DNA from: Dehalococcoidia bacterium
GTDB lineage: Bacteria; Chloroflexota; Dehalococcoidia; Lucifugimonadales; UBA3495
Reading direction: 5' to 3'
Assembly (NCBI GenBank): GCA_034420695.1
Contig: DAOULB010000002.1
Span: 151,644 to 215,643 of the forward strand
DNA: 64,000 nt
The notes under the pieces: model-generated
What the model was told of the DNA's origin: nothing
What the model saw: the letters and a program-made list of their open reading frames with translations, nothing else
The model's database searches: none
Part shown: positions 8,904 through 17,870 of the stretch, in pieces
How the letters are laid out: each line of letters opens with the position of its first letter
Numbering within the stretch: the stretch's first letter is position 1
Translations under genes and position numbers: made by a program

Positions 8904-9051
8904 CGCACAACAACTTCAATTCTGGGAAGTAGATGCCTCAGCAGTCAAGTCGTTTTTCGTTTCAATGATTACGAGGGACATAAAGCTGGAGGAGGTGTTC
9001 CTCGCCTTACTGGACGATTTTGACGATGGCATTCTCCGCTTCGGTAGCTGA
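8904..9051 (+). pseudogene. Decayed N-terminal relic (about 48 codons) of a GHKL ATPase gene immediately 3' of dcm
   Basis: The frame beginning right after the dcm stop reads ...EVDASAVKSFFVSMITRDIKLEEVFLALLDDFDDGILRFGS*. It aligns without gaps to the N-terminus of the intact GHKL protein at 10572..11900 (TVDASPTKGLFVEMLTRDIRMAMAILDLVDNCIDGAIRIRG). Over the last 25 positions I count 11 identities plus many conservative matches, and 9 of the 11 positions just before that (VDAS, K, FV, M). There is no start codon at the relic's 5' end and an early stop. Confidence 0.55.
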
Positions 9052-9130
9052 AAGGGCAAGAGACCCTATGCTGCCTTCCAAAGACATTCACCATACTCAC
9101 TAAGAGGAGTCCCGTATCGTTCCTTGTCTC

Positions 9131-9565
9131 ATGGATACGCGCACAGAGAAACAGCGCAGCAAAATCATGGCCGCAGTCCGGAGCAAGAACACTGGCCCGG
9201 AACTGCGGGTACGCCGTTACTTATGGTCCAAAGGATTGAGGTACCGTGTCAATGTGGCAAGCTTGCCGGGGACGCCCGATATTGTTCTGTCTCGGCACAA
9301 ATTGGCTATTTTCGTTCACGGGTGTTTCTGGCATAGCCATGCAGGTTGTCCGAGAGGGAAGCTGCCAAAGTCTAGAACGGACTACTGGAGTAATAAGGTC
9401 GACGCGAATAAGGCCCGCGATACCAAGATCAAGGAAACACTGGAACAGGACGGCTGGCGTCATCTTGTTGTCTGGGAGTGCCAGATACGGACCAAAGGGG
9501 CGGCCTCGGTAGCTCTGCCCAAGCTTCTCGAAGAGATTAGTACAATTTGTGCTGAGGTTATCTGA
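9131..9565 (+). CDS. vsr: Very short patch repair endonuclease Vsr
   Basis: RSKIMAAVRSKNTGPELRVRRYL...GLRYRVN...LPGTPDIVL...LAIFVHGCFWHSH.GC...PKSRTDYWSNKV..N..RD...LEQDGWRHLVVWECQ is the Vsr family signature. It is the classic companion of dcm. Confidence 0.93.
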   Translation: MDTRTEKQRSKIMAAVRSKNTGPELRVRRYLWSKGLRYRVNVASLPGTPDIVLSRHKLAIFVHGCFWHSHAGCPRGKLPKSRTDYWSNKVDANKARDTKIKETLEQDGWRHLVVWECQIRTKGAASVALPKLLEEISTICAEVI

Positions 9566-9640
9566 GTCCTCTCCCTAAAGACCTTCGTCACGCTTCCGTC
9601 CTCCCTAAATGGCCGAGGGGAGCCATCCACTGATCTGTCG

Positions 9641-10582
9641 TCAAAGGTCGGTTTCCATAAATGTTGGGTAGTAACGATACACAGTGCTATATCCGGACAC
9701 GTCTCTTGGTGCCAAAAATGCAGGGGTAGAGTTTCCAGAAGGCAATGCAGCAGATAGTTTCATCTGTTCCTTATACGTTAAAGGCGGGACACTAATTTCA
9801 AGCGGAACGTCTCCTTCCCGCAAGAAATCGTAGTCTTCGAATTCACAATTCGCAAGCCGTTGAGATTGGTCGGCTCGATAAATTACTCCACCAACAGTGG
9901 TCATTCGAACATCATCAGCGTATATGACATTAAACAATTGCCTATATTCGACCTTATTTTGGGAAGGGAGTGCGGCGTTCCTCAGGCTTAATGCCCGATG
10001 GAGTTCATTGTCGACAATCTGACGAATCAGCTTTTGAAACCTTTTGCCTCTCATATCCTCAGGCGTAGCATCAGCAGGTACCGAATCCCCCAATGTAGAT
10101 CGCAGTTCGTCTAACGGACTTTGGTCTTCCGACCTGAATGACCCGCCTTCAGCTTGGATAGTAAACAGAGCCATGCTGCCAGGTTCAACCTGTCTGAAAA
10201 TCGTGCCGATATCCGAAAGCATTCCTTCATTGATTGGGTCGTCGTAATCCATCCAGATGATTGAGGGAATTCCATTCCACAGAAGATTGGGCAGCATTTC
10301 AGTCGATTCTCCCCAGCACATTTCAATGCAATCAAAAGGTTTGTTGAAGAGAAATCTGTCTTTGTCCTGAGACTCGCGTTCGATGCAGTTTAAATTAGTG
10401 ATTCCGTAGCGTCGATGAATCGACGCGAAATCGTTAAAGAACGGGGATCCGAGCCCGATGTATCTGAATCCCAGAAGATTCGAGAAGGCACCTAATCTCG
10501 AGCAAACTTCGACTATCATTTTTCGCTCTACCGCCTTGGCAGGACGAAGCCTGAAGTTAACGAGTCGATAACTAGGAGGCAT
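9641..10582 (-). CDS. Uncharacterised partner protein (about 314 aa) translationally coupled to the GHKL ATPase; the N-terminal half resembles a Rossmann/class-I-methyltransferase fold
   Basis: The ATG at 10582 is preceded by GGAGG-containing sequence and overlaps the GHKL stop (TAG 10574..10572) by 11 nt. The ORF track's alternative start is 10612. FRYIGLGSPFFNDF (Gly-rich loop), an acidic NCIERE about 25 aa later, and IIWMDYDDP about 50 aa later resemble SAM-MTase motifs I, II and IV. That resemblance is my inference only. I see no clear nuclease motif. Confidence 0.7.
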   Translation of the reverse strand: MPPSYRLVNFRLRPAKAVERKMIVEVCSRLGAFSNLLGFRYIGLGSPFFNDFASIHRRYGITNLNCIERESQDKDRFLFNKPFDCIEMCWGESTEMLPNLLWNGIPSIIWMDYDDPINEGMLSDIGTIFRQVEPGSMALFTIQAEGGSFRSEDQSPLDELRSTLGDSVPADATPEDMRGKRFQKLIRQIVDNELHRALSLRNAALPSQNKVEYRQLFNVIYADDVRMTTVGGVIYRADQSQRLANCEFEDYDFLREGDVPLEISVPPLTYKEQMKLSAALPSGNSTPAFLAPRDVSGYSTVYRYYPTFMETDL

Positions 10583-11900
10583 CGATGTTCTCTTGATCCA
10601 CGTAATAATCAAAAGTCATTTCTCCCGCTGCTCGAGCGCTCCCTGCACTAAGACTTTTCCTGACCGCGGTAACTAGCCATGCAGGCTTCTGGTATTGAAT
10701 TGAAATTAGTCGCTCGGTCACCGGAGGCGGAGGCGGAGGGGCCTGATAGGTGAAGTTCTCTGAACGGGACAGACTTACGATGGAAGCTGGCTTGGCGGTC
10801 CTGTCTACTAGGTTCATTAGGGGTCTCGAACCCTCCGGATTTTCATTGTCGCGGTCCACTGCATCCAAGAACCGGATCACCTGCTCCATCACAGTTAGCA
10901 TCAACCCATAGGCCTCTACGAAAACGGGTACACCCTCGTCTACTCCATCTTTGGTTGTATTCCATGGGAGCAAGGTAGAATCAGCGCTATCAAAAAAAGC
11001 GGCTCCTCTAAAGCGGGCATACTGATTGTGAAACCTCGGCATAATCCCAGGCTCGCCCCACCCAGTCGTTCTAGTTCTATCTCCCTCCAACACCATTCTC
11101 CCATTGCAATACACGTACCAACCAGCTTCTCGCGGGCTTGAATGCCCAACTCCCGCTACAAGACGTACATGAACCCCTTCCCGCTCGTATGCCCTATACG
11201 CAGGTCGTAGCAAGGGAGAGTCCGAGGTCAAGAACTCCAAACGAGAGGTCGGTATCGTTACTCCGTTCAATGAAATGGATATCCCATTGTCTATCTGGTA
11301 CTGATGGCGCCTGGATATTTCTCTCGTTAGATTCGTCAAATTATATGGAATCCCAACCCAACTCTTGGCTTCCTCAGTCAATTGAGTAACAGTTATTGTT
11401 GTGCCTATATCAGTCTCAGGCGGAGCCTCGGTCAAATGTTCGATATCTAGGACTGGGAAAGTCCATTCCTCAAGATCCATCCACTCGTCAACATCAGCGG
11501 TAATCCTGTACCTCTCATTTATGTTCGTGGTTGCAACGTCGAAGTAGCGCCCTAGTTTGAAGAGAGCTCTCTTCATCCCTACCCCGAATCGTCCAACGGA
11601 GTGCCTAACGCTGGGGGCTCCCGAAGGTCTTCCAAACCGAAACGCATAGTCAGTCGCCAAAGCCAATGGGATCCCGCCGCAGTTGTCTCCAATAATGAAG
11701 TGCTCTTGGTCAAATGTAATTTGAACAGTCAGGCCTTCTAGCGGAGCTTCACCTCGAATTCTTATTGCGCCATCAATGCAGTTATCGACGAGGTCCAATA
11801 TGGCCATTGCCATACGGATGTCTCTTGTGAGCATCTCTACGAATAGTCCCTTCGTAGGTGAGGCGTCGACGGTTACGCGCCCCTGATTGGTGCTCATCAT
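10572..11900 (-). CDS. GHKL-superfamily ATPase (HATPase_c_3 type, MORC-like/paraMORC)
   Basis: It has the N-box ILDLVDNCIDGA, the G1/G2-type motifs IIGDNCGGIP and GRFGVGMKRALFKLG, and a C-terminal GWYVYCNGRMV...LPWNTTKDGV region like the MORC S5-type module. I chose ATGATG at 11900/11897, directly after GGAGGAA. The ORF track's TTG at 11993 is the alternative start. Confidence 0.8.
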   Translation of the reverse strand: MMSTNQGRVTVDASPTKGLFVEMLTRDIRMAMAILDLVDNCIDGAIRIRGEAPLEGLTVQITFDQEHFIIGDNCGGIPLALATDYAFRFGRPSGAPSVRHSVGRFGVGMKRALFKLGRYFDVATTNINERYRITADVDEWMDLEEWTFPVLDIEHLTEAPPETDIGTTITVTQLTEEAKSWVGIPYNLTNLTREISRRHQYQIDNGISISLNGVTIPTSRLEFLTSDSPLLRPAYRAYEREGVHVRLVAGVGHSSPREAGWYVYCNGRMVLEGDRTRTTGWGEPGIMPRFHNQYARFRGAAFFDSADSTLLPWNTTKDGVDEGVPVFVEAYGLMLTVMEQVIRFLDAVDRDNENPEGSRPLMNLVDRTAKPASIVSLSRSENFTYQAPPPPPPVTERLISIQYQKPAWLVTAVRKSLSAGSARAAGEMTFDYYVDQENIDAS

Positions 11901-12784
11901 TTCCTCCAAGCAATCTAGTACGCGGTGTCCTGACAGACTGGGCAATTGCACCGATGCGACTATCGACAGCCAGTCGACCAAAGGGGTTGCCAAGCCTATT
12001 CCTAAGGAGACGGCCTGACTCGGAAAAACAGGGGTTTGGTAGCCGGATTTATACTAGACTCTTCAGGTCGCAGATGATCGACCCAAATCACTTTCGAGTT
12101 CTGAAGCGAAAACCGCCCGAGCACTTTTTGCTTCACCATTGTGGCTGCTCACCGCGGTAGTTTCATTAAGTGTGGTGTGGAATGTTAAAACCCAATTGAC
12201 CAGGCCGTCAACTAAGCCCGCCTCGCACGACGCCGCGTAAGCCCGTGCAATTGGACCAATACAAGGCTAAGTTTCTTCCGCCCATGTTTCTGTCGAAGAT
12301 TCGGGCGCGGGTCAGTACTAACAAGCTGGGATAGCGCCTTGGTTGGGGCTGTACCTAGGCATTTTCGTGAGCCTAACCGTCCGACTTCTGCGTTCAGACC
12401 ATCCAACAAGACTGGCGCCTTTAGTTGACCAGTTTTCGGGAATCAGGTCACTACACCCAACCACCTCTCAAACACGGTCTGGCCCACCGTCAAAATAGCC
12501 CCACCTAAGAAAATTCAAACCCGCTGCAACAGCGCTGAAGAACCGACAACCCATTCTGCCAGCCCTGCTTGGTCGCCTGCCAGGCTTCTAACCCTGTAGC
12601 CTTACCGCAATTCATTCGCCACGCCCTCCCTTCAAGTGCACGCCCCACGAGCATCGCAATCTTCCGTTGCGATTACTCTCTAAGCTTGACGATGAGAAGG
12701 TAGGCGGGACAGGGCGCGCCCAGAGACAAGCTGAGCCCTGCGACAGGAACGGTACGAGAAAGAGGTGGGGCCGGGGTTGGGGGC

Positions 12785-14080
12785 CTAAACTTCCTTGTTG
12801 AGGTTGGTCAGGAACTCCTGGTTGCTCCGGGTCTTCCCCATCCGCTCCAGCACCCGTTCCGTCGCATTGACCGAACCGTCGTTGGAGATGAGGCTGATCA
12901 TCCGCCGCAGCAGCCATATCTGCTTCAGCGTGTCCTCCGAAAACAGCAGCTCCTCCCGCCGCGTGCCGCTGCGCAGCAGGTCGATGGCCGGGAAGAAGCG
13001 CCGCTCCGCCAATCGCCGGTCCAAGTGCAGCTCCATGTTGCCGGTGCCCTTGAACTCCTCGTAGATGACCTCGTCCATCCGGCTCCCCGTGTCCACCAAG
13101 CAGTTGGCGATGATGGTCAGGCTGCCCCCCTCCTCGATGTTCCGCGCCGCGCCGATGAACTTCTTGGGCGGGTACAGGGCCACCGGGTCGATGCCTCCCG
13201 ACAGGGTGCGCCCGCTGGTGGGGGCCGCCAGGTTGTAGGCCCGGGTGAACCGGGTGATGCTGTCCAGCAGGATGACCACGTCCTGCCCGAACTCCACCAG
13301 CCGCTTTGCCCTCTCCAAGGCCAGCTCTCCCACCCGGCACTGGTCCTCCACCGACTCGTCGAAGGTCGAGGCGAAAACGTCGCCGTTAACCGCCCGCCTC
13401 ATTTCGGTCACTTCCTCGGGGCGCTCGCCGATGAGCACCACCATCAGGGTGATTTCCGGGTAGTTCAGGGCGATGGCGTAGGCCATGTTCTTCAGGATGG
13501 TGGTCTTCCCCGCCTTGGGCGGTGAAACGATCAGCCCCCTTTGGCCCATGCCCACCGGGGCGAAAAGGTCAACCATTCGGGTCGAAAGGTTGCTGTGTTC
13601 CGTCTCCAGCACCAGTTGCTTCTCCGGGAAGATGGGGGTCAGGTGCTCGAACAGCGGCCGGGAGCGGGACTGCACCTGCTCCGTGGTCAGCCCGTTGATC
13701 CTCTCCACCCGCACCAAGCCGAAATAGCGCTCCCCCTCCTTGGGCGGCCGCACCTGCCCGGTGACAGTGTCGCCGGTCCGCAGCCCGAAGCGCCGTATCT
13801 GCGACTGGGAAATATAAACGTCCCCGGAACGCGTGTGGGACTCCGCCTTGCGCAGGAAGCCGTAGCCGTCGTCCATTATCTCCAGGATGCCCGTGGCAAT
13901 CAGCGCCTGTTGCGAAGATGCCACTTGGAACAGCCGGCTCAGCAGGTCCTCCCGCCGCAGGTTGGTCAGGGAGCCGTTGTCGGCCAGACCCACGTCCGGC
14001 GCCAGGGCCAGGAGCTCGTCCTTCGTCTTGGCCCCCAAGTCCGCTACGTCCACGGGTCGTTGAGCAGTTGCCATGTTCAC
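12785..14080 (-). CDS. rho: Transcription termination factor Rho
   Basis: It has the N-terminal Rho_N (DELLALA...), a cold-shock-like RNA-binding domain ([14 protein letters not shown]...[18 protein letters not shown]), Walker A (PPKAGKTT) and the conserved C-terminal region. Confidence 0.96.
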   Translation of the reverse strand: MNMATAQRPVDVADLGAKTKDELLALAPDVGLADNGSLTNLRREDLLSRLFQVASSQQALIATGILEIMDDGYGFLRKAESHTRSGDVYISQSQIRRFGLRTGDTVTGQVRPPKEGERYFGLVRVERINGLTTEQVQSRSRPLFEHLTPIFPEKQLVLETEHSNLSTRMVDLFAPVGMGQRGLIVSPPKAGKTTILKNMAYAIALNYPEITLMVVLIGERPEEVTEMRRAVNGDVFASTFDESVEDQCRVGELALERAKRLVEFGQDVVILLDSITRFTRAYNLAAPTSGRTLSGGIDPVALYPPKKFIGAARNIEEGGSLTIIANCLVDTGSRMDEVIYEEFKGTGNMELHLDRRLAERRFFPAIDLLRSGTRREELLFSEDTLKQIWLLRRMISLISNDGSVNATERVLERMGKTRSNQEFLTNLNKEV

Positions 14081-14148
14081 CTCTCTGATATCCCGGCCCG
14101 CCGGTATCCCGGTCCGCCGGTATCCCGAGCCCCCAATATTCTGGCTCG

Positions 14149-14808
14149 CTAAATTTTCGCCGCTTTATCCCAGTCCGACTGGAACCGGGCCACCCCCGCG
14201 TCGGTCAGTGGGTGGTTGATCATCTGCACCAGCACCTTGTAGGGCACCGTCGCTATGTCCGCCCCCGCCCGCGCCGCCAAGGTGCAGTGCAGGGTGTGGC
14301 GGATGCTGGCGGCCATCACCAGTGTCTTGATGCCGTAACTCTTGAATATGGACGCAATGTCGGTGACCAAGTCCATCCCCGTCTCACCGATGTCGTCCAG
14401 CCGCCCCACGAAGGGGCTCACCACCGTGCTTCCCGCCTGGGCTCCCAGCAGGGCCTGGTTCGTGGAAAAGCACAGCGTCTGGTTCACCTTGATGCCGTCC
14501 CGGGCCAGCGCCGAAATCGCCTCGAAGCCGGCCTCCGTGCTCGGAATCTTCACCCAAGGGTTGGGAATCCACTCGGCAATGTCCCGCCCCTCTTCGATCA
14601 TCCCCTTGGCGTCCTGGCTGACCACTTCCACCGAGATGGGGCCGTCCACCACGTCGGAAATGGCCTGCACCGCGTTCCGGTAGCCCTCCCGGCTGCCGAT
14701 GCCCTCGCTGGCCGCCAAGGATGGGTTGGTGGTCACCCCGCTGATAACTCCCAAGCGGGCGCCATCCTCAATTTCCTGGAAATTCGCTGTATCCAAAAAC
14801 AGCTTCAC
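14149..14808 (-). CDS. tal: Transaldolase, short type (fructose-6-phosphate aldolase-like family)
   Basis: MKLFLDTANFQEIE...GVTTNPSL...VKIP.T..G...I..L...GI.VN.TLCFS...AL.A..AG...VSPFVGRLDD. The start codon is GTG. Confidence 0.92.
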   Translation of the reverse strand: MKLFLDTANFQEIEDGARLGVISGVTTNPSLAASEGIGSREGYRNAVQAISDVVDGPISVEVVSQDAKGMIEEGRDIAEWIPNPWVKIPSTEAGFEAISALARDGIKVNQTLCFSTNQALLGAQAGSTVVSPFVGRLDDIGETGMDLVTDIASIFKSYGIKTLVMAASIRHTLHCTLAARAGADIATVPYKVLVQMINHPLTDAGVARFQSDWDKAAKI

Positions 14809-14934
14809 GACGTCACCCCCTTCCCTGGTCTTCTCTTACGGCTCCGGCCTGCAACCCGTGCCGGTGGTTGAATCTGGGTGGTTGAACCGGCGGCATGGGA
14901 GACTCCCTTCTCGACTGTCCCCCGCTCCCGATTC

Positions 14935-14986
14935 CCGGCCCTGTCATGCCCGGTCCTGTCGTGCCCGGTCCTGTCGTGCCCGGTAT
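14935..14986. repeat. Tandem 15-mer repeat (about 3.5 copies of CCCGGTCCTGTCGTG) in the tal-pyrG spacer
   Basis: Read directly: cccggccctgtcatg cccggtcctgtcgtg cccggtcctgtcgtg cccggta. Confidence 0.9.
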
Positions 14987-15004
14987 AGACCCATCGCTGG
15001 CGCA

Positions 15005-16639
15005 TCAAACAAGGGGCAGGGGCTGCTGTGACCCCTCCCGGATGGTCTGCCGCGCCGCTTCGATGAACTGGCCGAACAGCGGATGCGGCCGGTTCGGCCG
15101 GGACCGGAACTCCGGGTGGAACTGCACCCCTACCATAAAAGGATGCTTGGCCACTTCTCCCGTCTCCACCAAGTTCCCGTCCGGCGATACCCCGCCGATG
15201 ATGAACCCCGAATTCTCCAAGGCCTCCCGGTAGGCGTTGTTCAGCTCAAACCGGTGCCGGTGCCGCTCGCTTATCTCCCCTGCCTTGTACGCCGCCATGG
15301 TCCGGGTGTTCGACTGCGGCCGGCAGGGGTAGGCCCCCAGCCGCATCGTCCCGCCAAGGTCCGTCACCGACCGCTGGTCCGGCATTATGTGTATCACCGG
15401 GTCCGGCGTGTCCGGGTCCAGCTCCGACGAGTTCGCCTGCGGCAGCCCCATCACGTTCCGGGCCCACTCTATCACCATCACCTGCAACCCCAGGCAGAGC
15501 CCAAGGTAGGGCACCTGGTGCTCCCGGGCGTACCGCACCGTCTCCACCATCCCCTCCACGCCCCGGGGGCCGAACCCGCCCGGCACCACAATCCCGCAGG
15601 CGTTGGCCAGCAGTTGGTCCGGGCCCTCTCTTTCTATGTCCTCGGAGTGCACCCATTGAATGTCTATGTCCCGGTCGTGGGCCAGCCCCGCGTGCCGCAG
15701 GGCCTCCTTCACCGAGATATAAGAGTCGGGGTACTCCACGTACTTCCCGACCAGCGCAATGGGCAGCTCCTCCTTCATCGTCTTCATCCGCTCCACCATC
15801 GCCGACCAGTCCGCCATGTCCCGCGGCTGCGCCTTCAGCGAAAGGTGGTCGTTGATTATCTCCCCCAGTCCCGCGTCCTCCAGTATCAGCGGCACCTCGT
15901 AAACGTTGTCCACCGTCGTCAGCGGTATCACCGACCCCGAAGGCACGTCGCAGAAGGAGGAAATCTTGCTCCTGATGGAGTCCGGCACCGGGTAGTCGCT
16001 CCGGCAGATGATGGCGTCCGGCTGTATTCCGATGGCCCGCAGCTCCTTCACGCTGTGCTGCGTCGGCTTCGTCTTCAGCTCCGCCGCCGCCGACAAGTAG
16101 GGCAGCAACGTCAGGTGCACGTAGAACACCTTGTCCCGCCCCACGTCGTTCCGTATCTGCCTTATCGCCTCTAGGAACGGCAGCCCCTCGATGTCGCCCA
16201 CCGTCCCGCCGACCTCCACCACGATCACGTCCGCCCCCGACTCGTCGGCTAGCGCGATGATCTTGTCCTTGATCTCGTTGGTCACGTGGGGTACCGCCTG
16301 TATCGTCCCTCCCAGGAAGTCCCCCCGCCGCTCCTTGGCCAGCAGGCTCAGGTACACCTGCCCGGCGGTGAGGTTGGAAGTGCGGGTCAGGTCGGCGTCG
16401 ATGAAGCGTTCGTAGTGCCCCAGGTCCAAGTCCGTCTCCCCGCCGTCGTTGGTGACGAACACCTCTCCGTGCTGGTAGGGCGACATCGTCCCGGGGTCCA
16501 CGTTCAAGTAGGGGTCCAGCTTCAATACGGAGACGGCGATACCGCGGCTTTTCAGGATGCGCCCTATTGAAGCAACGCTTATCCCTTTGCCGATGGAACT
16601 GACTACTCCGCCGGTGACGAAGATATAGTTAGCGGCCAT
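15005..16639 (-). CDS. pyrG: CTP synthase
   Basis: The 544-aa ORF begins YIFVTGGVVSSIGKGI and contains DPYLNVDPGTMSPYQHGEVFVT. Its glutaminase domain has GLCLGLQ and HRHRFE. Confidence 0.97.
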   Translation of the reverse strand: MAANYIFVTGGVVSSIGKGISVASIGRILKSRGIAVSVLKLDPYLNVDPGTMSPYQHGEVFVTNDGGETDLDLGHYERFIDADLTRTSNLTAGQVYLSLLAKERRGDFLGGTIQAVPHVTNEIKDKIIALADESGADVIVVEVGGTVGDIEGLPFLEAIRQIRNDVGRDKVFYVHLTLLPYLSAAAELKTKPTQHSVKELRAIGIQPDAIICRSDYPVPDSIRSKISSFCDVPSGSVIPLTTVDNVYEVPLILEDAGLGEIINDHLSLKAQPRDMADWSAMVERMKTMKEELPIALVGKYVEYPDSYISVKEALRHAGLAHDRDIDIQWVHSEDIEREGPDQLLANACGIVVPGGFGPRGVEGMVETVRYAREHQVPYLGLCLGLQVMVIEWARNVMGLPQANSSELDPDTPDPVIHIMPDQRSVTDLGGTMRLGAYPCRPQSNTRTMAAYKAGEISERHRHRFELNNAYREALENSGFIIGGVSPDGNLVETGEVAKHPFMVGVQFHPEFRSRPNRPHPLFGQFIEAARQTIREGSQQPLPLV

Positions 16640-16933
16640 GCACCTGGACTAGGGCTGAATTATGAGGAATGAGTTATGGATCACCAAGCCGGGCGCGCTG
16701 GAAAAGGGTAGTGTGAAAAGAGCGAAACAAAAAGAAAGGGAAGCATGGTCCACGGGGACCGATGGGGGTCGGCAGAACCGACGCCGCAATTATACTTTTC
16801 CCGAATTAACCCTGTCAACCGCCCCGCTGACGCCTTGCTGAGGCTTTCCCGGCCCCCGGCGGCATAGGAAGGATGGGGGCAGGGTATCCCGAAAGGACAA
16901 ATGCCAAGAGGAAATAGGAGAAACCCGGAAACC

Positions 16934-17149
16934 CTACCCCGCCAGGTACAACCCGATAATCGTACCCATCAGGGTTACCCAGCTCCCGCCCATGAACAGC
17001 ACCAAGGCGGTGAGCTTGCGGTCCATCTCCTGGCGCAGGGTGCTGACTTCCGACCGCACCGACTCTATCCCTCCGTTCAGGTCCGACAGCCGGCGGTCCA
17101 CCTGCTCGTAAGCGCCTTCCAGCCTGCTTACTCTCTGCTCCAGCGTCAT
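16934..17149 (-). CDS. Small tail-anchored coiled-coil protein (71 aa)
   Basis: MTLEQRVSRLEGAYEQVDRRLSDLNGGIESVRSEVSTLRQEMDRK is followed by one C-terminal hydrophobic helix, LTALVLFMGGSWVTLMGTIIGLYL. The architecture matches the two upstream genes. Confidence 0.6.
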   Translation of the reverse strand: MTLEQRVSRLEGAYEQVDRRLSDLNGGIESVRSEVSTLRQEMDRKLTALVLFMGGSWVTLMGTIIGLYLAG

Positions 17150-17287
17150 TCCAATACCTGCTGGCCTACTCTACAACGAGACGAAACATACGGCTTCATT
17201 TGAACTATCCTGAAGCCCCTCGAGTTGCCCCCAAAGTCCTCCCCCTCCCCGGGAATGCCACCCCAAGTCCATGAACTTTGCCGCCAG

Positions 17288-17791
17288 CTACCCGCCCCGC
17301 ACAATCAGCGTCACCATCACCCCCACAAGCGCCGCCGCCATACCACCGCCGATCGTCCACGTTGCCAGTATCAGCCGGTCTATCCTTCCATTCACCTGCT
17401 GGAAGCCCGCCGTCGTGTCGGCGTGAAGCCGGTCAACCCGCCCGTTCACCTGGTCAATCCTTCCGTTTACCTGCTGGAAGCCCGCCGTCGTGTCGGCGTG
17501 AAGCTGGTCAATCCGCCCGTTCACTCGGTCCAACCCGGTGGCCATTTCGCCCCGCACCTGCTGGAAGCCTGCCGTCATGTCGGCGTGAAGCTGGTCAGCC
17601 CGCCCGTTCACCTGGTCAACCCGCCCGTTTACCTGCTGCAACCCGGTGGCCATTTCGCCCCGCACCTGCTGGAAGCCCGCCGTCATGTCGGCGTGAAGCT
17701 GGTGCACCAAGGCAGACAGTTCCTCTACCCGGCCCTCCAGGTTGCCCAGGGTCCTGTCGTCCAGGGTCCTGTCTCCCGTATCTTGTGTCAT
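17288..17791 (-). CDS. Repeat-expanded tail-anchored coiled-coil protein (167 aa)
   Basis: The N-terminus is MTQDTGDRTLDDRTLGNLEGR. Repeated units follow (QLHADMTAGFQQVRGEMATGL..VNGR.DQVNGR), then a C-terminal TM helix TIGGGMAAALVGVMVTLIV. The DNA contains near-identical direct repeats, e.g. 17395-17429 = 17470-17504 and 17557-17594 ~ 17665-17702. Confidence 0.7.
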   Translation of the reverse strand: MTQDTGDRTLDDRTLGNLEGRVEELSALVHQLHADMTAGFQQVRGEMATGLQQVNGRVDQVNGRADQLHADMTAGFQQVRGEMATGLDRVNGRIDQLHADTTAGFQQVNGRIDQVNGRVDRLHADTTAGFQQVNGRIDRLILATWTIGGGMAAALVGVMVTLIVRGG

Positions 17792-17870
17792 GCCGCCCCT
17801 TGCTCCAGTTGCGCCAAAGTCATTCCGGCGCCTGATAACCAGTCATACCGTCCGGCTTGGTAAGCAATAC

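Noticed and set aside
12212-12409. A 65-aa minus-strand ORF in the island's right-hand non-coding stretch, considered as a tyrosine-recombinase relic because of ...LHGLTRRRARRA
   Set aside because: The resemblance to an H.LR box is only a few residues, and the spacing to any upstream recombinase motifs is wrong. There is not enough evidence.
12612-16174. ORFs antisense to or overlapping rho, tal and pyrG (e.g. 12612..13340 -, 13541..14152 +, 14212..14871 +, 15083..16174 +)
   Set aside because: They overlap well-supported conserved genes in other frames and have Pro/Arg/His-rich compositions characteristic of GC-rich off-frame translation.
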